Source: Candidatus Woesearchaeota archaeon (GTDB lineage: Archaea > Nanobdellota > Nanobdellia > Woesearchaeales > DSVV01). Taken from it: 35,585 nt of DNA. The position numbers and the translations under genes are program-made. Shown one piece after another: positions 25,826 to 33,528 of the stretch (its first letter is position 1; each line of letters opens with the position of its first letter). The DNA is taken from assembly GCA_016205905.1 (NCBI GenBank), contig JACQSP010000090.1, positions 1-35,585 of the forward strand, given 5' to 3'. A model generated the notes under the pieces. It was not told the DNA's origin, did no database searches, and saw only the letters and a list, made by a program, of their open reading frames with translations.

Positions 25826-25913
25826 ATATACTAAAAGTGTAAAATAATCGAACATTATTTTGCACTTTTGTATATACAAACGTGATTAATTTGTACGAAA
25901 ATTAATCACGTTT
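25826..25913. repeat. Two adjacent perfect or near-perfect hairpins just downstream of the giant gene (possible terminator or mini-palindromic element)
   Basis: HP1: ATATACTAAAAGTGTAAAATAAT (25826-25848), loop CGAAC, ATTATTTTGCACTTTTGTATAT(A) to 25876. HP2: AAACGTGATTAATTT (25878-25892), loop GTACGA, AAATTAATCACGTTT (25899-25913), 15/15. Confidence 0.7.
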
Positions 25914-25923
25914 AGTATATAAT
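25911..25923 (+). promoter_or_regulatory. Candidate TATA/promoter motif TTTAGTATATAAT for the first pilin-like gene
   Basis: The same 13-mer occurs at 28598-28610 upstream of 28641. It lies about 35-37 nt upstream of the ATG, and the SD AAGGTGA lies between motif and ATG. Confidence 0.4.
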
Positions 25924-25955
25924 AAGCAAAAAAAGATACAATCAAAGGTGAAGTT

Positions 25956-26486
25956 ATGAAACTATTTACTAATTTATTAACATCAAAAACAAGCCACATT
26001 AACTCAAAGAAGTCGCAGGTTGAACAAATGTTTTTTTACATTTTGGCCTTGTTTGTTATAGGCACAATGCTGTTATTAGGCATTAAATATATCGGCAAGA
26101 TTGTCAAGCAGGTTGAATCAGTTGACCTTGTTGAGTTCAAAACAAGTTTACAAAATGATGTGGATGTTTTAGTCACAAAATATGGCAGCTGGAAAAAAGC
26201 AACATATACTGTGCCTAAAGAAGTCAAGAAGGTATGTTTTTTTACAATAGATGCTTATAAAAATGGTTGTCCTTCGCTTCCAGACCTTGACGCTGTAATG
26301 TGCGATGCATGGCAGTCTGGCACACAAAACGTAATGACTGTTCCGTTTGTTTTGGAATCACCAATTAATCTCACTAAAATGGTTGTTGATGAAACTAATG
26401 GCTACAAATGTTTCGAGGTTACAGACAGGAAAATCACTTTAAAAATTACAGGTATAGGTAATGGCGTGAAGATTTCAGAGGCGTGA
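25956..26486 (+). CDS. Class III signal (prepilin-like) protein, 176 aa
   Basis: ...INSKKS|QVEQMFFYILALFVIGTMLLLGI shows a basic stretch, a small residue, polar/acidic +1..+3, then about 20 hydrophobic residues. SD AGGTGA lies 6 nt upstream. Confidence 0.6.
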   Translation: MKLFTNLLTSKTSHINSKKSQVEQMFFYILALFVIGTMLLLGIKYIGKIVKQVESVDLVEFKTSLQNDVDVLVTKYGSWKKATYTVPKEVKKVCFFTIDAYKNGCPSLPDLDAVMCDAWQSGTQNVMTVPFVLESPINLTKMVVDETNGYKCFEVTDRKITLKITGIGNGVKISEA

Positions 26487-26488
26487 TT

Positions 26489-26609
26489 AAAAAGGTAAGA
26501 AAGTAAAGATTAAACAGTTAAAAGTAAGAGTAGGGGGTAAGGGGGAACAACTACGATGTTATCATCGTACCTCTTACCTTATACCTCTTACTTTTTACTT
26601 CTTACCTTT
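26489..26609. repeat. Family-2 palindromic element
   Basis: Core GGGAACAACTACGATGTTATCATCGTACCTCTTACC (26543-26578). Starts 3 nt after the stop of 25956..26486. The left arm carries a short insertion (GATTAAACAGTTAA). Confidence 0.75.
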
Positions 26610-26651
26610 AATTCCATCCAATTATTCAACTAACTTACAGTTTCAAATACC

Positions 26652-27749
26652 ATGAACAAAAAAGGTGTGATTGAAATACAGTTCAACTGGATATTTATCT
26701 TTGTTGTAGGTACAGTTATCCTGCTATTCTTTGTTTTTATTGGCAAGTCTTATTTAGAGAACTCTAATCTTAAATTAGCTGGCAAGGTTTTGTATGATCT
26801 AGATTCAATTATGAAAGGTGCAACCTCGTCAACAAAGTCAGCTTCAAAATTAGAAATACCTAATCTTAAACTCAGGTTTACATGTTTTCCAGACTGCACT
26901 GAAGAAGGATGCAGCTCAGATTTTTCTATGGGTGATACTGGCGTTAACAAGCCGACACCCTACCAAGTTATATTCGCTCAAGAGGAGATTAACAGCGACT
27001 TTTTGATAACATGGACACTTGACTGGGGCGTTCCTTTCAAAGTTGCAAATTTTCTTTACTTGACATCACCAAATATAAGATATATTCTCGTCTACAAAAA
27101 TTCAATGGCAGAATCAAAAACTTTTGCAGAAAAAATATTTGCATTAATGTCAGACAATGAATTTCTGAACTCAGAATTGATAGAAGAAGAGCAATTACCT
27201 TCAATCGAAGACCAAGGCCATGACAAGATTAGGTTTGTCTTTTTTTATCAATTTGATGATATCTCTGATAAGACTAATGGAAAAAGTCTATCAGATACAA
27301 CATTTGATGTTCTGGTTCTAACTCCTAGCTTTGAAGGGACAGCCATCTTCTTGTCAGATAAACAAGTTATGAAAGAATTTAGCTATGACGAGCAGAAGAA
27401 GATTGGATATTTTGGTAAAGAAGCATTGGTTGGAGCAATATTTTCAGAAGATGAGAATTTCTTTGAGTGCAATATGCGAAAATCATTCAATCATCTAAAC
27501 CGAATTTATGATGTTTACAGATATAGAGCACTTTATCTTGCAAAATATATCGCTGACAATGATCAATTCTCACACTGCTCCCAAGTTTACAATGAATTTG
27601 CATCACTTCCAGACGAGACAATAGAATATCCTCAAGAACTTACAGAAGATGCTTATAAGACACCATTTTATTCAATCACAAAGATATTTCAGATAGCTGA
27701 AGATACAAATAATAAGGCAATAATTAACTCGTGCCCGAGACTGTATTGA
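26652..27749 (+). CDS. Class III signal (prepilin-like) protein, 365 aa
   Basis: MNKKG|VIEIQFNWIFIFVVGTVILLFFVF closely resembles the archaeal KKGQ-ISLEF class III signal consensus. Confidence 0.6.
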   Translation: MNKKGVIEIQFNWIFIFVVGTVILLFFVFIGKSYLENSNLKLAGKVLYDLDSIMKGATSSTKSASKLEIPNLKLRFTCFPDCTEEGCSSDFSMGDTGVNKPTPYQVIFAQEEINSDFLITWTLDWGVPFKVANFLYLTSPNIRYILVYKNSMAESKTFAEKIFALMSDNEFLNSELIEEEQLPSIEDQGHDKIRFVFFYQFDDISDKTNGKSLSDTTFDVLVLTPSFEGTAIFLSDKQVMKEFSYDEQKKIGYFGKEALVGAIFSEDENFFECNMRKSFNHLNRIYDVYRYRALYLAKYIADNDQFSHCSQVYNEFASLPDETIEYPQELTEDAYKTPFYSITKIFQIAEDTNNKAIINSCPRLY

Positions 27750-27751
27750 TT

Positions 27752-27956
27752 ATATTTGTTTAGCATTAATGTTTTTTTACTTTACACAATTTTACTACAT
27801 ACATTATATTATTGCTCACAGCACGTTTGTGGGACGCAGTCCCCGTCTCATGAAAAATCTTAAATTTTTTTTAAATGGCTGTATAAAAAACCCCCTATTA
27901 CCAACTAATAAAGCAAATAAAAACTTAAAAGCATCAAATAATAACTAAACAAATAC
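27752..27956. mobile_element. Family-1 MITE (205 bp) with 8-bp TSD (7/8)
   Basis: Ends ATATTTGTTTAG (27752-27763) and CTAAACAAATAC (27945-27956). Flanks TATTGATT (27744-27751, containing the upstream gene's TGA stop) and TATTAATT (27957-27964). Left block ATTGCTCACAGCACGTTTGTGGGACGCAGTCCCCGTCTCATGAA is present; the right GGCTTCGCC block is missing. Confidence 0.75.
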
Positions 27957-28044
27957 TATTAATTGAATTATGTCAACCATATAATTTAAATGAATAGTTA
28001 TGCACACAATTTAAGATAATACTTGCATTATTTAAACTAAAAAA

Positions 28045-28584
28045 ATGAAACCTACCACATATATCAAACACACCAAACAAAAACATGCGCAATTAAAAAT
28101 CGGCGAGTCTATCTTAGTTCTAATTATCTTTTTTATTCTGCTGACAATGGGTTTGGTATTTTATGCAAAGGTCCAGACACATTTAACCAAAGAAGATAAT
28201 GATGAATTTAATGCAAAACGTTCCATAGACATGGCTTTGGCTGTCAAATTTCTTCCTGAATTGCAGTGCACTGTGCAGGCAACAGAAGAGTTTGATTGTA
28301 TAGATATTGCTAAACTTTATATTTTTGGTGAAGTCTTAAAAAACAAGCCAGTTTATCAGAGATATTATGCGCAACTGTTTCCTAATGCAAAAATCATTAT
28401 AAAACAGGCATTTGCATCAGAGGGACCAATGATGCCGAAAGATGGCATTTTGTTGTTTGATAACAAATATGTAGAAGAGAAGCAAGCAGGCTCATTAAAT
28501 ATATTATTTTTTCCAGTCACACTTTACGATCCTTTAACAGATTCAAATAGTTTTGGATTTATTGAATTAGAGGTATATGGATAA
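28045..28584 (+). CDS. Class III signal (prepilin-like) protein, 179 aa
   Basis: ...KHAQLKIG|ESILVLIIFFILLTMGLVFYA. Confidence 0.5.
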   Translation: MKPTTYIKHTKQKHAQLKIGESILVLIIFFILLTMGLVFYAKVQTHLTKEDNDEFNAKRSIDMALAVKFLPELQCTVQATEEFDCIDIAKLYIFGEVLKNKPVYQRYYAQLFPNAKIIIKQAFASEGPMMPKDGILLFDNKYVEEKQAGSLNILFFPVTLYDPLTDSNSFGFIELEVYG

Positions 28585-28596
28585 CCTTTTTTATAC

Positions 28597-28610
28597 TTTT
28601 AGTATATAAT
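28597..28610 (+). promoter_or_regulatory. Candidate TATA/promoter motif TTTTAGTATATAAT
   Basis: Shares TTTAGTATATAAT with 25911-25923. Centre lies about 35 nt upstream of the ATG at 28641. Confidence 0.4.
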
Positions 28611-28640
28611 CAATCAAATAATTAATAAAAATATGTAAAA

Positions 28641-29216
28641 ATGAAACATAAAAGAATCAATAAAGCGCAGACAGAAATCATGGGATTAATGATTATAGTA
28701 GTTATAGTAACATTAATAGTGTTATTCGTTGTTTCTGTTGTTTATTTCAAGCCAAAAGAAGATCCATTGCAAAGTTTCATTCAGAAAGATTTGTCGACGA
28801 GCATAATCAGTGCAATGCTGAAGACAGGATCTGGATGCACTAAAGACACGACAATGGAAGATTTGTTTATTGATATGGTTAAAGCAGGAGGAGGAAGCAC
28901 AATTATTTGCAAAAATAGTGAGAAACTGTCCATTATATACAAAGACAATCCAGATTGTCAGAATATAGTTAATGGAAGAAATGCTCTTGATTGCGGTGTT
29001 TCACAAATACTTAAACCATTAGAAGAAAGAGGTCAGCCATTTCATTTTGTTGTCAAAGTGCAGAACAATGCGCCGTATATCAACAAATCATACCTATCAG
29101 AAGAGTTTGCAAGAGCAAAGAGTATGGAAGTAACACCTTATACACTTCCAATCTATCCAACTGACCAAGTATTAGAAATATGGTTATGTATGGGTGGCGA
29201 ATGTCCGGAGATATAA
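28641..29216 (+). CDS. Class III signal (prepilin-like) protein, 191 aa
   Basis: MKHKRINKA|QTEIMGLMIIVVIVTLIVLFVV, with a Cys-containing globular part. Confidence 0.6.
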   Translation: MKHKRINKAQTEIMGLMIIVVIVTLIVLFVVSVVYFKPKEDPLQSFIQKDLSTSIISAMLKTGSGCTKDTTMEDLFIDMVKAGGGSTIICKNSEKLSIIYKDNPDCQNIVNGRNALDCGVSQILKPLEERGQPFHFVVKVQNNAPYINKSYLSEEFARAKSMEVTPYTLPIYPTDQVLEIWLCMGGECPEI

Positions 29217-29323
29217 GCTAAATCATAAGATTATTGTTAAATATACATAATCTTTATATATTAGACTTAACAAATAATTATAAAAGATATAATAATAAAA
29301 ACAAACCAAACGAGGTGGAGCAA

Positions 29324-29599
29324 ATGTTTAAAAAAGGTGATTTGTCGCTTAATATGATTATTGTTGCAATTATTGCATTGCTTGTTTTAGTTATTATCGC
29401 TGCAATATTTACAGGAAGATTAGCTTTGTTTAATATAGGAATTTCTGATTGCCTGAAAGTAAAAGGCGCGCAATGCATGTTTGAATGCGGTGATGGATAT
29501 GTACAGGACAAGACAAGCAAATGTTTGACTGAAGAGAAAAAGGTTGACCCTAACCAAGTCTGCTGCATACCGCAGGACTTTACTGAAATTCAGGAGTAA
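29324..29599 (+). CDS. Short class III signal (prepilin-like) protein, 91 aa, six Cys; candidate major subunit
   Basis: MFKKG|DLSLNMIIVAIIALLVLVIIAAIF. Strong SD GAGGTGGAG (29312-29320) lies 3-4 nt upstream of the ATG at 29324, so the track's 29234 start is rejected. C-terminal part is CLKVKGAQCMFECGDG...KC...VCC. Confidence 0.65.
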   Translation: MFKKGDLSLNMIIVAIIALLVLVIIAAIFTGRLALFNIGISDCLKVKGAQCMFECGDGYVQDKTSKCLTEEKKVDPNQVCCIPQDFTEIQE

Positions 29600-29612
29600 T
29601 TTATTATTTTTA

Positions 29613-29655
29613 ATTTTTTGTTTCGTTCCAAGGCGCAGCCACCCGTTTCACTATT
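29613..29655. repeat. Solo left arm of the family-1 repeat
   Basis: TTTTTGTTTCGTTCCAAGGCGCAGCCACCCGTTTCAC. It is the reverse complement of the arm at 7911-7945 and resembles 15981-16010. No partner arm lies nearby. Confidence 0.6.
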
Positions 29656-29744
29656 TTAATTAGTTTATTTTTTTAAGTTTACTTTTCTAATAAAACTATT
29701 AAAAAGATATTAATCAGATAACCAAACACCATTTTTCTGTTAAC

Positions 29745-29753
29745 TTTTAAATA
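29745..29753 (+). promoter_or_regulatory. TATA box for a leaderless transcript of the AbrB-PhoU gene
   Basis: TTTTAAATA is centred 27 nt upstream of the ATG at 29776, and there is no SD. Confidence 0.5.
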
Positions 29754-29775
29754 CTAGTTTAACTTTCTTATCCTT

Positions 29776-30693
29776 ATGAAACGAAAAGTTATCCAAATCG
29801 CAGACAAAACCTTTGTAATTTCACTGCCATCTGAATGGGTCAAGCGTTTTAACATCAGTAAAGGCGACGAAATAGATTTAAAAGAGTTCAATGATGGCTT
29901 AATTATTTCTTCTCAAAATCAGCTTGGAGCAACAAGCTCTATAAGAATTAATATCGCGAATCTTAATGAACGTGTTATCAGATGGTATCTTTCTGCACTG
30001 CATAAGGCAGGTTATGATGAAATTGAAATAAATTATATTGACAAAGACCAGCTTAAATTAATCTACGAATTAATGAAAAACCTTTTCACAGGATTTAACA
30101 TAATCTCTGAAACAAAAAATGTTGTTGTGCTAAAATCTATTTCTAAAGAGAACAAAGAGGAATTTGATGCTGCATTAAGGCGCTCATTCCGTATTACAAT
30201 CTCAATGGGCAGTGAGCTTATTGAATGTTTAAAAACTAAAAATTATGAAAGATTGCCATTAATCAAAGAAAAAGAGCTCCTTAACAATCAATTGACTAAC
30301 TTTTGCGAAAGGCTGGTTAACAAGCACAGGTTTGAAAAATCAGTGTTTCTGTATACAATAATCTGGAACCTCGAAAAAATCTGCGATAATTACAAATATA
30401 TAATTAATGAACTAGGTAAACAAGATACAAACATTAACCTCAAAACACCAATTTCAAAGGAGCTTATTAACATTTTTGAGCTTGCCAATAATTACCTTGA
30501 GCAGTATTATGATTTGTTATTTAATTTTGACATCAAAAAATTAAATACTATTGACGAGAATAAAAAACAAATCAATTCAAAAACATCAGCTTTAAAATTA
30601 AGCGGTCTTGATAAAGAAATTCTTAATCATTTAATTGTTTTGATAACACAAACAACTGATTTCTCTGCTTCAATTATTGCGATGAATGTTTAA
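29776..30693 (+). CDS. AbrB/SpoVT-domain + PhoU-like domain regulator
   Basis: N-terminus MKRKVIQIADKTFVISLPSEWVKRFNISKGDEIDL is an AbrB/SpoVT swapped-hairpin pattern. The helical remainder fits the archaeal AbrB-PhoU architecture. Confidence 0.6.
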   Translation: MKRKVIQIADKTFVISLPSEWVKRFNISKGDEIDLKEFNDGLIISSQNQLGATSSIRINIANLNERVIRWYLSALHKAGYDEIEINYIDKDQLKLIYELMKNLFTGFNIISETKNVVVLKSISKENKEEFDAALRRSFRITISMGSELIECLKTKNYERLPLIKEKELLNNQLTNFCERLVNKHRFEKSVFLYTIIWNLEKICDNYKYIINELGKQDTNINLKTPISKELINIFELANNYLEQYYDLLFNFDIKKLNTIDENKKQINSKTSALKLSGLDKEILNHLIVLITQTTDFSASIIAMNV

Positions 30694-30791
30694 ATGAAAA
30701 CAACGAAAAACCAATTGTTAAAAATCAACAACCAAAAACTAATGGTTAAGGTTAATAACTAATAAAAATACCAGAAACCAACAATTAACAA

Positions 30792-33137
30792 TTAATTATG
30801 TTCAAAATAATCCTTCAACATCCTCAGTCCAGTATCTCTTCTAACAAATTCTGTGCAGTGATCAATATAGAAGTCTGTATATTCTTTTTTAACCACACTA
30901 ATAGATTCCAATGCATTTGTTAAGATTTGCGCCCTCAATGGCTGCACTCTTGGCCTAGATGGAGAGCTCCAGGCAAAACATAATGCAACTGCCCTTTCGT
31001 AGACAGAATTAAGATATTTCAGGGCAAATAATTTCTGCTCCTGTTCATCAGGTTCTTTCCATTGTTCATGTGGTTTTTCATATATTATTCCTCTATCTAA
31101 TTTATTTGATAATGTATTTGATGCTTCTGTATTTTGTATTTTTTGTATTTTAAGTGCCCTAAAATATGAATATTCCTTAAAATAATGTTTTGCTGCGTTT
31201 ATTCTGAACACCCAGCTCATTTTTCCTGAATAGTTTAACAGATTAACTAATTCCTGCGCCTGTTCAATCGTCCCTTTCTCGTCCCAGTCAATTGCAATGA
31301 TTCTTTCCTGCCTTAATTCTGGGATTAAGCCTGTTTCAATTATCCAGTTTTCAGGATGTGCATCTTTGTTGAATACATAATTAGGTGTTAATCGTTCGTC
31401 TGAAATATATCCTAAACGCAATTTGTCCACAATTTTACTTTCGACATTATACTCCTGCCTTAGTTTTCCAACTCTGTCCTCAAAATATTCTTTAGAATTT
31501 CTTGTTTTTTTCCCTTGTATCGGCATTTTTGCATGAATAAATGCAAGCACAGTAAGGATTTCTTTAGTAATCTCTTCTGTTTCTGGTTCAGAACAATTAT
31601 TTATTTTTTCCAATAATGTTTGCCCGACACTTCTTCTCATGACCTGCACAATTTTGTTATCACAATCTATAACAAGTAAATCTTCGCTGAATCCAAGCGT
31701 TTGAAGTGTCTCAATTCTCTTCTTTATACTTCTTTTAGTTTCATACCTTTTTTTACCTTCACTATCATATTTTTCTTCATCTTTAGAATCATACATTAAA
31801 TCATCTAATGTTCTAGAATACATTTCCCGTGCTTGGCAAAGATTGGCATTTGCCTTTTCTGTTTCACCACGAGAATCCTGTTTGTAAATATAAGTCGCAT
31901 TTAGGAATTTGCTTGCTTCGCCGCTTATCTGCCTCACTTGCTTCGTTGTTTCTCCGCAGCTTTCAAGCACATACTTTTCATCAGATTCAATCTTTTGGTA
32001 TATTGCTTTATGAATTTCAACTGCCTTCTTTTTCTCGTCGTCATTTCCAGCTTCAAGCTCTTCAGCATACAATACTTTCAGCTCAAGGCTGTCAGGGAAT
32101 ACTTCTAGTGCTTCTTCAAATGTTTTGAGGCACTTAGTATGTTCTCCGCGTACTTTATAACTATATGCTCTGTTGCAATACAATACTAAAATATCTTTAT
32201 TCAGTTTTCCTTCATTTCTTGCTTTTTTCAGCCTTTTTTTCAATTGCAGTGTTTCTAAAAATTCAGTTAGGTACATATTCAATCTTTCTATAAATAAATT
32301 AAATCTCATAAACCTGACATTTTTTTTATAAGGTAATTTTTCATGGGCTTTTCTTAGCTCAAACAACGCATTATTATCATCACTCATCATTGAATAAGCA
32401 TATGCCTTTGAAAGGTTTGCAGCATAATCCTCAAGAGAAAGATGCTCCATTTCTTCACTAATCTCCAAATATCTTTTATAGCCTCTTCTGAACAAATTAT
32501 ACACTAATCTTAAACCCAGCCATGTAACTTTTCTCTGCTCAGGGTTGCATAATGGCTTTAATGATTCAAATACTGCCTGTGTTACCCCTAAAAATGGGGC
32601 AGAAGATATGGCTAAATAAGCAAAGCTTCTGGAAACATACCCTTTAATGAAATTAATAAACCCCATTCTCTCATTCTCAAGAGGAGGCATTAACCAGCTA
32701 GGCTCAAGAATGACATACTCACCATATCTTGGCTCAATTCTGTGATCATGAAACAACCCCTTTAGTAAATACATATCAAACCTAATCATCTCATTATGTA
32801 CTAGAAACCATAACGCAAATCCAGCAGCAAAAGGATGGTTTAATATTTTCCAGACACCTTTAGGCACAACTTTTACCCTTTCCTCAGCTCTGTGCTGGTG
32901 TGCATAAAGGCTTGCATATAGAAAAACTGACCCAATTCCAGCGTCTATCATGGTCGGATTAATTGTCTCAGTCACACTGCTAAAACTATCTAATTTATGC
33001 ATTAGCAGTGTTTCAAGCCCAAAATAAACAGGCGCAATTATTTCAGGATAGTGCCTTTTAAAGAACTCTTTTACTCTTTCAGCTTTTTCAAGCTTAGAAC
33101 TGCTTATACTCTTATTTACTCGTTCAACAAGATTCAT
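30792..33137 (-). CDS. Large protein (781 aa): hydrophobic N-terminal region, TPR-like middle, APH/choline-kinase-like C-terminal domain (putative)
   Basis: Hydrophobic segments GIGSVFLYASLYA, HPFAAGFALWFLV and FAYLAISSAPFLGV. TPR-like YCNRAYSYKVRGEHTKCLKTFEEALEVFPD. Kinase-like FNKDAHPENWII (D.HP.N catalytic loop) and IIAIDWDEKG (IDW[DE]). Confidence 0.4.
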   Translation of the reverse strand: MNLVERVNKSISSSKLEKAERVKEFFKRHYPEIIAPVYFGLETLLMHKLDSFSSVTETINPTMIDAGIGSVFLYASLYAHQHRAEERVKVVPKGVWKILNHPFAAGFALWFLVHNEMIRFDMYLLKGLFHDHRIEPRYGEYVILEPSWLMPPLENERMGFINFIKGYVSRSFAYLAISSAPFLGVTQAVFESLKPLCNPEQRKVTWLGLRLVYNLFRRGYKRYLEISEEMEHLSLEDYAANLSKAYAYSMMSDDNNALFELRKAHEKLPYKKNVRFMRFNLFIERLNMYLTEFLETLQLKKRLKKARNEGKLNKDILVLYCNRAYSYKVRGEHTKCLKTFEEALEVFPDSLELKVLYAEELEAGNDDEKKKAVEIHKAIYQKIESDEKYVLESCGETTKQVRQISGEASKFLNATYIYKQDSRGETEKANANLCQAREMYSRTLDDLMYDSKDEEKYDSEGKKRYETKRSIKKRIETLQTLGFSEDLLVIDCDNKIVQVMRRSVGQTLLEKINNCSEPETEEITKEILTVLAFIHAKMPIQGKKTRNSKEYFEDRVGKLRQEYNVESKIVDKLRLGYISDERLTPNYVFNKDAHPENWIIETGLIPELRQERIIAIDWDEKGTIEQAQELVNLLNYSGKMSWVFRINAAKHYFKEYSYFRALKIQKIQNTEASNTLSNKLDRGIIYEKPHEQWKEPDEQEQKLFALKYLNSVYERAVALCFAWSSPSRPRVQPLRAQILTNALESISVVKKEYTDFYIDHCTEFVRRDTGLRMLKDYFEHN

Positions 33138-33314
33138 ATAGCTACCTGTTTCTGCTATAACTCTGCTATATCTTTTTCTATATCTCTATAACACCTTAAA
33201 ATCTACTAAAAAGCCATCTTATTAGGTGGAATATTTAACAAACATTTAAATATATCTAAAAAAGATAACTCTAGATAAGCATAGTGCAGTGCGTAGTATC
33301 ATTTTATTATCACC

Positions 33315-33440
33315 ATGCTAACTAAACTTAAACTAAGCAAAAAAGCAGATTGGGAATCATTAGTAAAAACCATAATTATACTTTTAGTATTTATAGCACT
33401 GGTATTGTCTGTAATTGGGCTATTAAGAATTTTGAAATAA
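33315..33440 (+). CDS. Small ORF absent from the ORF track (41 aa): class III signal-like mini-pilin or small membrane peptide
   Basis: ATG 33315, TAA 33438-33440. MLTKLKLSKKA|DWESLVKTIIILLVFIALVLSVIGLLRILK. Below the 60-aa cutoff of the ORF track. Same strand as, and 89 nt upstream of, two pilin-like paralogs. Confidence 0.4.
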   Translation: MLTKLKLSKKADWESLVKTIIILLVFIALVLSVIGLLRILK

Positions 33441-33528
33441 GGAAGGTCATAATCAGCCCCACTAAATCAACCAATCAAACATAGAATATACTAAAAGTCA
33501 TTAATTTTCATACAAAAACAAGTTAATT

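Noticed and set aside
25485-25865. 126-aa minus-strand ORF overlapping the 3' end of the giant gene
   Set aside because: It is the reverse complement of the K/Q/P/E-rich low-complexity tail, which yields an F/S/L/C-rich artefact. It also runs into the hairpin region.
29234-29323. Upstream extension of the 91-aa pilin-like gene (track start 29234), and the GTG start at 8780 for the AbiEi-like gene
   Set aside because: Strong SD sequences (GAGGTGGAG at 29312-29320; AAGGTGA at 8777-8783) point to the internal ATGs at 29324 and 8789. The 29234 extension is N/K/Y-rich, and the class III signal must be N-terminal.
25956-29599. Calling the locus a complete type IV pilus or archaellum operon
   Set aside because: The window has no secretion ATPase (Walker A/B hexameric PilB/ArlI type), polytopic platform protein, prepilin peptidase or archaellin-like conserved domain. 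Only the subunit-like genes are supported.
129-29655. Possibility that the recurrent palindromic repeats are a CRISPR array or C/D-box, tRNA-like or other known RNA genes
   Set aside because: The copies are dispersed one per intergenic spacer, not arranged as repeat-spacer units. The GATGATAA in the family-2 core does not fit RUGAUGA...CUGA box spacing. I saw no cloverleaf or GTTCRA T-loop motif in the GC-richer patches. A covariance-model scan was not possible, so small RNAs cannot be excluded.
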